Below, one piece after another: positions 17,392 through 24,799 of a DNA stretch of 26,550 nt (positions are counted from its first letter, which is position 1; every line of letters begins with the position of its first letter). Under the pieces are notes generated by a model. The model was not told where the DNA came from. It worked only from the letters and a program-made list of their open reading frames with translations, and did not search any database. The position numbers were made by a program, and so were the translations under genes. Source of the stretch: a virus (lineage: Duplodnaviria; Caudoviricetes). The DNA lies in the IMG/VR virus record IMGVR_UViG_3300005077_000176, positions 1-26,550 of that record; one strand, given 5' to 3'.

Positions 17392-17640
17392 CTACTCAGC
17401 GCCTGGCTTACGAGCGCCCCTTCCATGGTTGGAAAGTGGCCGATCGCTCAAGGGTACTTCAAATTCGGTGATGCGCCGGTCTCTTCTACGTTCTCTCTGA
17501 ATGTCAGACCACAAATAGCGTAACCAGTCCGGCCAGTCGTAGGGGCTTACTCCATACCTTTCTTCACAACTTCTGCATAAAGCGAATTGCCAGGTAACCA
17601 CTTTTCCACATCCGCCGATGCACCGGTGGACTTCGCTCAT
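17392..17640 (-). CDS. Small Cys4 zinc-finger protein with a Trp/Arg-rich helix, 82 aa
   Basis: Start revised to ATG 17640 (ATGA overlap with the sigma4 gene stop). Contains CIGGC and CRSC, then DWPDWLRYLWSDIQRERRRDRR. Confidence 0.75.
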   Translation of the reverse strand: MSEVHRCIGGCGKVVTWQFALCRSCEERYGVSPYDWPDWLRYLWSDIQRERRRDRRITEFEVPLSDRPLSNHGRGARKPGAE

Positions 17641-17852
17641 GATGGAACCTGTGTCATCAGTCCACGAAGAAGTGTGACTGCTCGCTTGTAAATGATCCCA
17701 ACGGCTGATCGGGTCATTCCGATGATGAAGCCACATTCCCGTTGGGTATACCCCGCCAGGCGAAGGGTGAGTACTACCTTCTCCTTGACGGGCAGTTTAT
17801 CTACAGTCTCTTCGATTGCCAGCCTGCTTTCCAATTTTTCACCAATATACAT
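17637..17852 (-). CDS. Stand-alone sigma70 region 4 (HTH) protein, 71 aa
   Basis: VDKLPVKEKVVLTLRLAGYTQRECGFIIGMTRSAVGIIYKRA matches the ECF sigma region 4 pattern. SD GGGAGG. The promoter directly upstream leaves no room for region 2. Confidence 0.85.
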   Translation of the reverse strand: MYIGEKLESRLAIEETVDKLPVKEKVVLTLRLAGYTQRECGFIIGMTRSAVGIIYKRAVTLLRGLMTQVPS

Positions 17853-17888
17853 TCTACCTCCCTGAGATTTTCGTAAGTTACGCTAATT

Positions 17889-17917
17889 ATTATAGCATAA
17901 TCATTCTAAAAACACAA
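17889..17917 (-). promoter_or_regulatory. Host sigma70-type promoter for the sigma4/Zn-finger pair
   Basis: TTGTGT-17 nt-TATAAT with an extended TG. Confidence 0.8.
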
Positions 17918-17926
17918 GCAGAAAAC

Positions 17927-17955
17927 TTGACATATTCCAACTAATAAAATATAAT
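17927..17955 (+). promoter_or_regulatory. Consensus sigma70 promoter for the ssb operon
   Basis: TTGACA-17 nt-TATAAT, an exact consensus. Confidence 0.93.
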
Positions 17956-17999
17956 AAAACATTAATAATATAAATAGCAGCGATATAAGGAGGCTACTG

Positions 18000-18389
18000 A
18001 TGAACACTTGCATCTTCACCGGTTCGTTTGGGAAAGACCCCGAAATGCGCTTTGCCCCTTCCGGCAGTGCTGTTCTCCGTTTCAGCATTGCCGTTGAAAG
18101 CGGTTTCGGCGACCACAAACTCACAGACTGGGTTCCGATGGTCGCCTTTGGCAAGAGCGCCGAGAACATGTCAAAGTTCTGCCAGAAGGGTACTTTGATC
18201 GAGGTCAACGGAGAGTACCAGACCTCGACGTATGAGAAGGATGGCGAGAAACAGTACTCGCACAACTTCATCGTCAACCGCTGGAAGGTCTTGGGTCGTG
18301 GCCGCCCGAAGGGTGAGGATGCCAACCTGGGGTCCGAGTTCGACAGCGAGGCGTCCCCGGAGTTCAACGGAGAAGAGTTTCCGTTCTAA
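18000..18389 (+). CDS. ssb: Single-stranded DNA-binding protein
   Basis: OB-fold start MNTCIFTGSFGKDPEMR, KGTLIEVNGE, and an acidic tail ending EEFPF. SD AAGGAGG. Confidence 0.96.
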   Translation: MNTCIFTGSFGKDPEMRFAPSGSAVLRFSIAVESGFGDHKLTDWVPMVAFGKSAENMSKFCQKGTLIEVNGEYQTSTYEKDGEKQYSHNFIVNRWKVLGRGRPKGEDANLGSEFDSEASPEFNGEEFPF

Positions 18390-18677
18390 GTGATGTCTTA
18401 CGGTGCGGACATCGCCACGTTAGCGAAACACTTTGCTGAAACAGATAGCGCAGATCCGTCTGTTGACCTGGTCAGGCATCTGGCGCTGGCGTGGCGAGCC
18501 GCATCAAGGCTAAAAGAGATGGGCGTGAGTATGGCTGTAGCGAACAGGAAGGATGGGATCGTTGTTCCAGCGATTGAGCAAGCATATCGTGAGGCGCTCC
18601 ATATTCGATCCCGCCTTCCTGCGGCCATGATCGACGGTTCCGAAATCTCACGACTGGGAAGGATCAAGCATGGCTAA
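18390..18677 (+). CDS. Hypothetical protein
   Basis: ORF abuts the ssb stop and overlaps the next gene by 8 nt. Confidence 0.65.
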   Translation: MMSYGADIATLAKHFAETDSADPSVDLVRHLALAWRAASRLKEMGVSMAVANRKDGIVVPAIEQAYREALHIRSRLPAAMIDGSEISRLGRIKHG

Positions 18678-18870
18678 AGCCAAGTACACCATTTTTTTAG
18701 CTGAGATCGCCGGAACGCCGGTGAATGCAGTGGTTGAAATACGTCTCAGCATCCCTGCGCCTACACATACCCTTCTGGATGCGATTGGTGTGGGTGATGA
18801 GGAGCGTCACAACCTTACAAGCCAGCGGCTGGCTGAGATCGCCCAACTGATAGGAGCGGCTGATGACTGA
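18670..18870 (+). CDS. Hypothetical protein, 66 aa
   Basis: SD GGAAGG; overlaps both neighbouring genes. Confidence 0.65.
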   Translation: MAKAKYTIFLAEIAGTPVNAVVEIRLSIPAPTHTLLDAIGVGDEERHNLTSQRLAEIAQLIGAADD

Positions 18871-19342
18871 TGAAAAAATCCAACTGTGGTCCGATGGCGG
18901 CGGGGTAAATCCCGGTCCGAGCGGTTATGCCGCTGTTCTGGTTTACCGGGGAGTCGTCAGGATCGTGGGTGGGTTTCTGCCGGATGGGACGAATAACATG
19001 GCTGAGACGATGGGGGCAGTTCTCGGCCTGCAGACCATCAAGCCGCATTCCGATGTGTCCATATTCACGGACTCTAGCTATGTTGTTTACGGGATAAAAA
19101 GAATCCTTTTCAGAAAACCCCTTTTGGAGAGCCACACGGATCTGTGGGAGTTAGCAAGGGCGGCAATCAGGCGGCACAGATCGATTGAAATCCAGCGCAT
19201 AAAGGGGCATTCAGGGGTGCTGCTTAACGAAGCGGCTGATCTCTACGCTGGCGATTGTGCCAGGACGCAGGCTCCTGTTGATGTGCGGATGTCGCTCGAA
19301 GAACTGCTCAAATACATCGACCCGTTGGGCGGCAATGGATAA
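18863..19342 (+). CDS. rnhA: Ribonuclease HI
   Basis: Motifs SDGGGVNPGPSGY, TNNMAE, TDSSYV and KGHSGVLLNEAAD contain all four catalytic carboxylates. SD AGGAG. Confidence 0.93.
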   Translation: MTDEKIQLWSDGGGVNPGPSGYAAVLVYRGVVRIVGGFLPDGTNNMAETMGAVLGLQTIKPHSDVSIFTDSSYVVYGIKRILFRKPLLESHTDLWELARAAIRRHRSIEIQRIKGHSGVLLNEAADLYAGDCARTQAPVDVRMSLEELLKYIDPLGGNG

Positions 19343-19700
19343 GCCCTCGAAAAACGAACGGACAGCCAGGGACAGACAAAAGAAGCAGGCTCTAGCCAGG
19401 TACCGCCAGGAGCAGGTTGCCCTTGCAATCCATCGGGACAACAGCCAGTGTGTGTTCTGCTGGTTTTTATTGGGTGTCACCACCAAACGGGATGAGATTC
19501 ACCACGTCTATGGGCGGGGGACTGAAGCTGGCGATTGGCGTGAGCGCTATGAGAACCTGCTGTGCACGTGTAAAAGACACCACCCGCAACCGATCAAAGC
19601 GCCTGGATTGAATCCAAACTTAGACTGGGTAGAGGCAGTTCGAAAGGCGGCGAATGCACAACCAATCCATGCAAAATTTCAACACAGTTCTGCAAAATAA
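19335..19700 (+). CDS. HNH-family endonuclease, 121 aa
   Basis: Start revised to ATG 19335. Contains RDNSQCVFC, EIHHVYGRG and ENLLCTCKRHH. Confidence 0.82.
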   Translation: MDKPSKNERTARDRQKKQALARYRQEQVALAIHRDNSQCVFCWFLLGVTTKRDEIHHVYGRGTEAGDWRERYENLLCTCKRHHPQPIKAPGLNPNLDWVEAVRKAANAQPIHAKFQHSSAK

Positions 19701-19774
19701 AGTGGGAGTTGGGAGAATTACGGACTCGCGTCACTGCCTTATGTGTTGCTATAGTAATAAGGAGTTATATAATT

Positions 19775-21088
19775 ATGAACTATATCAGCCTGTTCACCGG
19801 CATAGGAGGATTTGACCTGGCGCTTGACGATCTTGGGATGAACTGTGCCGGTCAGTCCGAGATCGATAAACAGTGCATCAGCGTTCTTCGCCACCGTTTT
19901 TATCGCACTAAACAGTTAGGAGATATCCGTGGAATCAGTGCAAACAGCATCAACCCTGGTTCAATTGACCTTGCCGTTGGGGGATATCCTTGCCAGGGGA
20001 ACTCTGTCGCCGGAAAGCGAAAAGGACTTGCTGACGAGCGATCTGGACTCTGGTTCGAATTTAGAAGATTCATCATGGAACATCTTCCAAGATGGTTCCT
20101 TATCGAAAACGTCACCGGTCTTCTGTCCGCCAATGCAGGCTTCGACTTTTCAGTCCTTGTCGGAGGACTTACCGGGGTCATTCCTGCAGTTCCAGACAAA
20201 GGCTGGAAGTCTGCGGGATACGCAACAGGCAGCCCTGATCTCTACAACATCTCTTGGCGGGTGCTGGACTCTCAGTATTTCGGAGTCCCCCAACGCCGCC
20301 GTCGGGTCTTCATTGTCGGCCATCTTACAGACCCCTACGCCCCCGCAGAAGTACTTCTTGAGCGCAACGGCCTGCCTTGGGATCATCAAGCGGGCGCTGA
20401 AGAAATCCAAGAAATTCCCGCCCTTCCTTCTCTTGGCGCTCTCTTATTCAATTCTTCATCAGGGGACACCGGAGCAGATCGCTTCGCTGCAGGAACGGTT
20501 ACCCCATATCCAGGCGAAATCGCCTACGCTGTAAATGGGGTCGGTTCAAAGTTCGGTTCTGGCCGGCATAACCAGGACACCTTTATCGTCTACCACAACA
20601 AGCAGCAATCCGGGGAGATCAGAGCATACGAAAACTATTCGCCTGCAGTCACCAGGCAGTGGGGAACCGGCGGAAACAACGTCCCGTTTCTCGTTGATCG
20701 CGCCCCTGAACAGCATGTCTTCAGCCCTCACAGTCACTATATCTACCAACAGGATGGCTTTGTCAATACGCTCCAGAACCGGCAAAACCGCCAGGATGGA
20801 TCGATGACGCTGATCGCATCCAGAGCAGGCGCTGGTGCTGAGAACTGGCGTGAACTTGGGTTTTCGGATGACGAAGAATATGCGGTTCGCAAGCTCACGC
20901 CCACGGAATGTGAGCGCCTGCAGGGATTCCCCGATGATTTTTCCAGATGGGGAGTTGGTAAAGATGGAAAGCTAGTCGAAATCTCCGACAGCGCCCGTTA
21001 TCGCATGCTTGGGAATGCCGTTACTGTGCCTGTTGTGCACTGGATTGCCAGCAGGATTGTTGCATACGACCGTGTTTTTCGATTGTAG
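19775..21088 (+). CDS. C5 cytosine DNA methyltransferase, 437 aa
   Basis: Start revised to ATG 19775 (SD AAGGAG). Motifs I SLFTGIGG, IV GGYPCQ, VI ENV, VIII QRRRRVF, IX RKLTPTECERLQGFP and X GNAV are present. Confidence 0.96.
   Translation: MNYISLFTGIGGFDLALDDLGMNCAGQSEIDKQCISVLRHRFYRTKQLGDIRGISANSINPGSIDLAVGGYPCQGNSVAGKRKGLADERSGLWFEFRRFIMEHLPRWFLIENVTGLLSANAGFDFSVLVGGLTGVIPAVPDKGWKSAGYATGSPDLYNISWRVLDSQYFGVPQRRRRVFIVGHLTDPYAPAEVLLERNGLPWDHQAGAEEIQEIPALPSLGALLFNSSSGDTGADRFAAGTVTPYPGEIAYAVNGVGSKFGSGRHNQDTFIVYHNKQQSGEIRAYENYSPAVTRQWGTGGNNVPFLVDRAPEQHVFSPHSHYIYQQDGFVNTLQNRQNRQDGSMTLIASRAGAGAENWRELGFSDDEEYAVRKLTPTECERLQGFPDDFSRWGVGKDGKLVEISDSARYRMLGNAVTVPVVHWIASRIVAYDRVFRL
19929..20534 (+). CDS. 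Overprinted +1-frame protein inside the methyltransferase (beta-polypeptide-like)
   Basis: 201 codons open in the alternative frame. GTG is preceded by AGGAG at 6 nt. The protein contains SLSAILQT...QKYFLSATACLGIIKRA. Confidence 0.7.
   Translation: MESVQTASTLVQLTLPLGDILARGTLSPESEKDLLTSDLDSGSNLEDSSWNIFQDGSLSKTSPVFCPPMQASTFQSLSEDLPGSFLQFQTKAGSLRDTQQAALISTTSLGGCWTLSISESPNAAVGSSLSAILQTPTPPQKYFLSATACLGIIKRALKKSKKFPPFLLLALSYSILHQGTPEQIASLQERLPHIQAKSPTL
21057..21088 (+). promoter_or_regulatory. Putative phage late promoter (plus-strand copy upstream of the resolvase)
   Basis: TTGTTGCATAC-12 nt-CGATTGTAG, overlapping the last methyltransferase codons. Confidence 0.6.
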
Positions 21089-21094
21089 GCTGCG

Positions 21095-21430
21095 ATGACA
21101 CCCCCGACGAAGACCTGGAAGTCTGTCGAATGCGCAATTGCGAAATTCTTCCCACGTGGGAAGCGGAGAGGGGCTGACTTCAAGAACCGTGAAGGGGCTG
21201 GCGGAAAAAATGACGTGATCACGGAAGGCTGGAGCGTGGAGATCAAACACTCAAAACGCCCGACCTGGGGCTTGATGGTGGCAGCCTATTCCCAGGCCAA
21301 AGCCAATATGGACAATCCCACGGACATCCCGGTGGCCGTGATCCACAAAGAGGGCACAGAATACAGGCGCTCTTTCGTTGTGATGACATTGGAAGATTTC
21401 GCAAACCACTTCATCAATCAAGCTGAGTGA
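21095..21430 (+). CDS. Holliday junction resolvase-like PD-(D/E)xK nuclease
   Basis: WKSVECAIAKFF, GKNDV, SVEIKH, IPVAVIH and VVMTLEDF fit small phage Hjc-like resolvases. Confidence 0.8.
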   Translation: MTPPTKTWKSVECAIAKFFPRGKRRGADFKNREGAGGKNDVITEGWSVEIKHSKRPTWGLMVAAYSQAKANMDNPTDIPVAVIHKEGTEYRRSFVVMTLEDFANHFINQAE

Positions 21431-21455
21431 CAAGATCAGCCATAAATCACCTTTG

Positions 21456-21479
21456 AGCGGGCCGATCGGCTCGCTTTTA
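21456..21479 (+). terminator. Intrinsic terminator after the resolvase
   Basis: AGCGGGCC-GATC-GGCTCGCT followed by TTTAT. Confidence 0.65.
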
Positions 21480-21500
21480 TGCTCTCTACAGGAGGCGAAC

Positions 21501-24158
21501 ATGGATTATGGATTTTATAGCCTGGGTCACCCCGACGAAACTGCGCTGAACATCTTGAAAAAGCGCTACTTTTGGCCTGGGGAAACCTACTGGGATGACG
21601 TTGTCAACCGGGTTATGACCCATGTGATGGGTGATGAACCTGCCGAGGTATACTACCCGGCCTACCAGATGCTGTTAAATCGCTACTTCATCCCGAACAG
21701 CCCTGTTCTTTTCAATGCTGGCAGACCGGATGCCGGGCTTTCCGCCTGCTTCGTGGTGGACATGCCAGACGATATCAACGGGATCATGAAGACGTTCAAC
21801 GACTTCGTAATGATCTGCAGGAAGGGCGGAGGGGCAGGGGTGACCTTGTCTAAACTTAGACCGGAGGGTTCTCCGGTTGCGGGGTCAACCCACGGGTACG
21901 CCGGCGGGCCGGTCAAGTTCTACAACGCCCTCTGTCAACTGATGGATGTCATGGCGCAGTCTGGCAAGCGCCCTATGGCACAGATGGGCACGATGAGCGT
22001 GTTTCACCCGGACATTTTGAAGTTCATCAATGCAAAGTCCAAAGAAGGTGTGATGGCGACGACAAACATCTCGGTCGTGGTCAACGCCGACTTTATGAAT
22101 GCTGTGCTCGCAGACGAGACCTACTGGACGGAATTCAAAGGTGTGCGCTATGAGGAGCTGCGTGCCCGGGATGTCTTTGGGGCAATTGTGGAAGGCGCAT
22201 GGCGTAACGGTGAGCCAGGCCTGTTGTTCGACGAAAAGCTAAACAGCGGTCCATACGCAGTCACCGGTCAGGAGATTCTTGCATCCAATCCCTGCTTCAC
22301 GGGCGAGATGCGCTTGCTTACGGCAGATGGTTACAAAACATTCTCGAAACTTAATGGTACCACCTTCCAGGTTATTACACCCACTGGCGAAACCAGCTCA
22401 TCTACGGTTTGGTTTTCTGGCAACAAGCCGGTTGTGAAAATAAAACTAAGTAATCGCAAGGTAATCGAGGCCACGCCGGATCACGTCTTTGCGCTTGCGG
22501 ATGGCTCCAGTTGTCAGGCCGCAGACCTTACCGGGAAGAAACTACAGCCATACCTAAACCGACCGATACTGGATGAGCGCTTTACTTTATGCGGGTTTGC
22601 CCAGGGGGACGGGCAGTTGACAAGGCTCAAGTCTGGCACACACAAGGGTGTAGAAGTGAATATAGGCGCTAAGGATCAGGATATCTTGTTTCTGCTTGAT
22701 CCACAAGAGTACACGGTGGCAAAGGATGGTCGCCGCATCTATGTGAACAGTGGCTTTAGAGATGAGTTGGTCAGACTCGGTTTTTCGGAAAAGGTGCTTC
22801 CTGAAAGAACTTTTCCGGCTACGTACAGCACCTGGGAACTGGGAGAAAAGGCTGCTTTCCTTCGGGGGTGTTTCTCAGCAAACGGCTGCGTTATCAAAGG
22901 TTCACGGGTCGCTTACAAGACTACATGTAAGCAGTTTGCCAATGAGCTTATGAACACGCTGCTTGTTGACTTTGGGATCAAGTCACGCATAACGACGAAC
23001 AAGGCTAATAAAGTAACCTTTCCTGATGGCACGTACCTGTGCCGTGAATCGTATGACGTAAATATCGGGCAGTATGAAAGTCTTCTGAGGTTCTATAACA
23101 AGATCAACTTTGTCCAAGAGTACAAAGTGGAGGACTTATCTTCTCTGATCGATGGACGTGCCTTTCGGGTCACATCGGTAACGCCTATTGGCAACCGGGA
23201 TGTCTATGACTTTACTGAGCCGACTACGCATTGGGGCGTTGTGGAAGGCGTTGTTGTGCACAACTGCGGGGAGATGCCTCTTCCGCCGAACGGGGCATGC
23301 AACCTGGGAAGCCTGGATATCTCGAAGTTCCTGCAGGACGGTAAGCTGGACTATGACCTGTTGCGCCGGGCAGTTCAATTGGCGGTAGTGTTTTTGGATA
23401 ACGTAGCGTCTGTGAGTTCGTACCCAACTCCTGAAATTACGGCGTGGGTAAGGGACAACAACCCGGTTGGTTTGGGGATCATGGGGTTTGCCGATTATCT
23501 GCTGAAGATCGGGGTCGCCTATGGGTCAAAGGCATCATTGAAAGAACTGGACAGCATCATGGGGTTTATTTACGGAGTTGCGCATGAAAAATCCCAGGAA
23601 CTCGGCAAGATTCGAGGCTACCCAAAAGCGTGCAGAAAGCTGTCTTCCATGCGCAGGAACATCACTCTGCTGACCATAGCCCCGACCGGCACAATCTCGC
23701 TTATAGCGGGCTGTTCTTCTGGTATTGAGCCGGTGTTCTCCGAGATCACGCTGCGCTCGGACAATACCGGGACTTACCAGATCACCCATCCGTATGCGGA
23801 TGAGCGCCACTTCCGCTGTGCGGTTTCTGCAAACGGGGCAAAAGAAGTAACCTGGCAGGAGCACCTGGCAGTTCAGAACGCCGCCCAGGAGCATGTGGAT
23901 AGCGGGGTATCCAAAACCATCAACCTGCCCAACAACGCTTCCAGAGGCGCAATCTGGAATGCGTTCGTCGCCGCATGGAAATCTCCCTATATCAAGGGGG
24001 TCACGGTGTATCGAAACCAGTCCAGAAAGGCCGAGGTGCTTACGCCGAAGAATTTGAAGGAAGACCTGGATCTCTGCCCGGTGTGTGGGGAGGCGCTGGT
24101 AAGAGAGGGCGGGTGCACTCACTGCTCGTCGTGTGATTACTCATTATGTTCGATATAA
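21501..24158 (+). CDS. nrdJ: Class II (B12-dependent) ribonucleotide reductase containing an intein (885 aa precursor, about 561 aa spliced)
   Basis: Start revised to ATG 21501 (SD AGGAGG). Motifs PNSPVLFNAG, LSACFV, GEPG, NP-(intein)-CGE, CNLGS, TIAPTGT and SKTIN, plus a C-terminal CPVC...EGGCTHCSSCDYSLC. No ATP cone and no nrdB nearby. Confidence 0.93.
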   Translation: MDYGFYSLGHPDETALNILKKRYFWPGETYWDDVVNRVMTHVMGDEPAEVYYPAYQMLLNRYFIPNSPVLFNAGRPDAGLSACFVVDMPDDINGIMKTFNDFVMICRKGGGAGVTLSKLRPEGSPVAGSTHGYAGGPVKFYNALCQLMDVMAQSGKRPMAQMGTMSVFHPDILKFINAKSKEGVMATTNISVVVNADFMNAVLADETYWTEFKGVRYEELRARDVFGAIVEGAWRNGEPGLLFDEKLNSGPYAVTGQEILASNPCFTGEMRLLTADGYKTFSKLNGTTFQVITPTGETSSSTVWFSGNKPVVKIKLSNRKVIEATPDHVFALADGSSCQAADLTGKKLQPYLNRPILDERFTLCGFAQGDGQLTRLKSGTHKGVEVNIGAKDQDILFLLDPQEYTVAKDGRRIYVNSGFRDELVRLGFSEKVLPERTFPATYSTWELGEKAAFLRGCFSANGCVIKGSRVAYKTTCKQFANELMNTLLVDFGIKSRITTNKANKVTFPDGTYLCRESYDVNIGQYESLLRFYNKINFVQEYKVEDLSSLIDGRAFRVTSVTPIGNRDVYDFTEPTTHWGVVEGVVVHNCGEMPLPPNGACNLGSLDISKFLQDGKLDYDLLRRAVQLAVVFLDNVASVSSYPTPEITAWVRDNNPVGLGIMGFADYLLKIGVAYGSKASLKELDSIMGFIYGVAHEKSQELGKIRGYPKACRKLSSMRRNITLLTIAPTGTISLIAGCSSGIEPVFSEITLRSDNTGTYQITHPYADERHFRCAVSANGAKEVTWQEHLAVQNAAQEHVDSGVSKTINLPNNASRGAIWNAFVAAWKSPYIKGVTVYRNQSRKAEVLTPKNLKEDLDLCPVCGEALVREGGCTHCSSCDYSLCSI
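22293..23264 (+). mobile_element. Intein with a LAGLIDADG-type homing endonuclease, 324 aa
   Basis: Begins CFTGEMRLLT, has block B ATPDH, endonuclease motifs LCGFAQGDG and AFLRGCFSANG, and block F VYDF. Ends GVVVHN followed by Cys. Confidence 0.96.
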
Positions 24159-24179
24159 ACGCTGCTATATTTAGAAGAG

Positions 24180-24208
24180 TTGACAATAATAATCTTAAGT
24201 GCTATAAT
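24180..24208 (+). promoter_or_regulatory. Consensus sigma70 promoter
   Basis: TTGACA-17 nt-TATAAT with an extended TG. Confidence 0.93.
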
Positions 24209-24248
24209 TAATCTATCGGCGCAACAGAATAATTCAGAAGGAGAAAAG

Positions 24249-24743
24249 ATGACTCGCCATAACTACCTGCTTCTCTTACGAGTTCTATCTGTCATCGTGG
24301 CCGCAACGCTGTGGCTGATCTCCATCACCTTCTCGGTGGACGGGTTCAACTTCCAGGTTACGGACATGGTCTGGGCCGGCTGGTTCATGGGAATCGCCAT
24401 CACCGCTATCGAGTTGATCTGGAATAAGCAGGGGGCGAATACCAATATGACCATCGTCTTGATCGGCGTGTTTGCATACCTTTATGGCGTGGTCACCAAC
24501 ATCATGGGGGTTTTGGCTGCACAAAGTGTGACAAACTTATCTGCCAACCCGATCGGCGCTGTCTTCGCAGGGATCCTGGGCTTCTTCCTGGAGATCGCAC
24601 CTGAACCGCTGTTCGTGTGGGGGCTGGTAGGTGTCAGCGATATGGGCGACTTGATCTCCACTTTGATGGGGAAGCCCGCCGGAATGCCGCAACAGCGCCA
24701 GCAGGCTGAACCTGGAATGCGACAACCGAGCCAGCAACGCTAA
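24249..24743 (+). CDS. Integral membrane protein (about 4 TM helices), 164 aa
   Basis: Start revised to ATG 24249 (SD AAGGAG). Four hydrophobic stretches and a Gln-rich tail. Confidence 0.82.
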   Translation: MTRHNYLLLLRVLSVIVAATLWLISITFSVDGFNFQVTDMVWAGWFMGIAITAIELIWNKQGANTNMTIVLIGVFAYLYGVVTNIMGVLAAQSVTNLSANPIGAVFAGILGFFLEIAPEPLFVWGLVGVSDMGDLISTLMGKPAGMPQQRQQAEPGMRQPSQQR

Positions 24744-24754
24744 CACGACCTGAC

Positions 24755-24781
24755 AAAGGGCAGGCTGCCAACTGCCCTTTT
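24755..24781 (+). terminator. Intrinsic terminator
   Basis: AAAGGGCAG-GCTGCCAA-CTGCCCTTT followed by T. Confidence 0.7.
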
Positions 24782-24799
24782 GCTCGTTGAGGAGTATTC

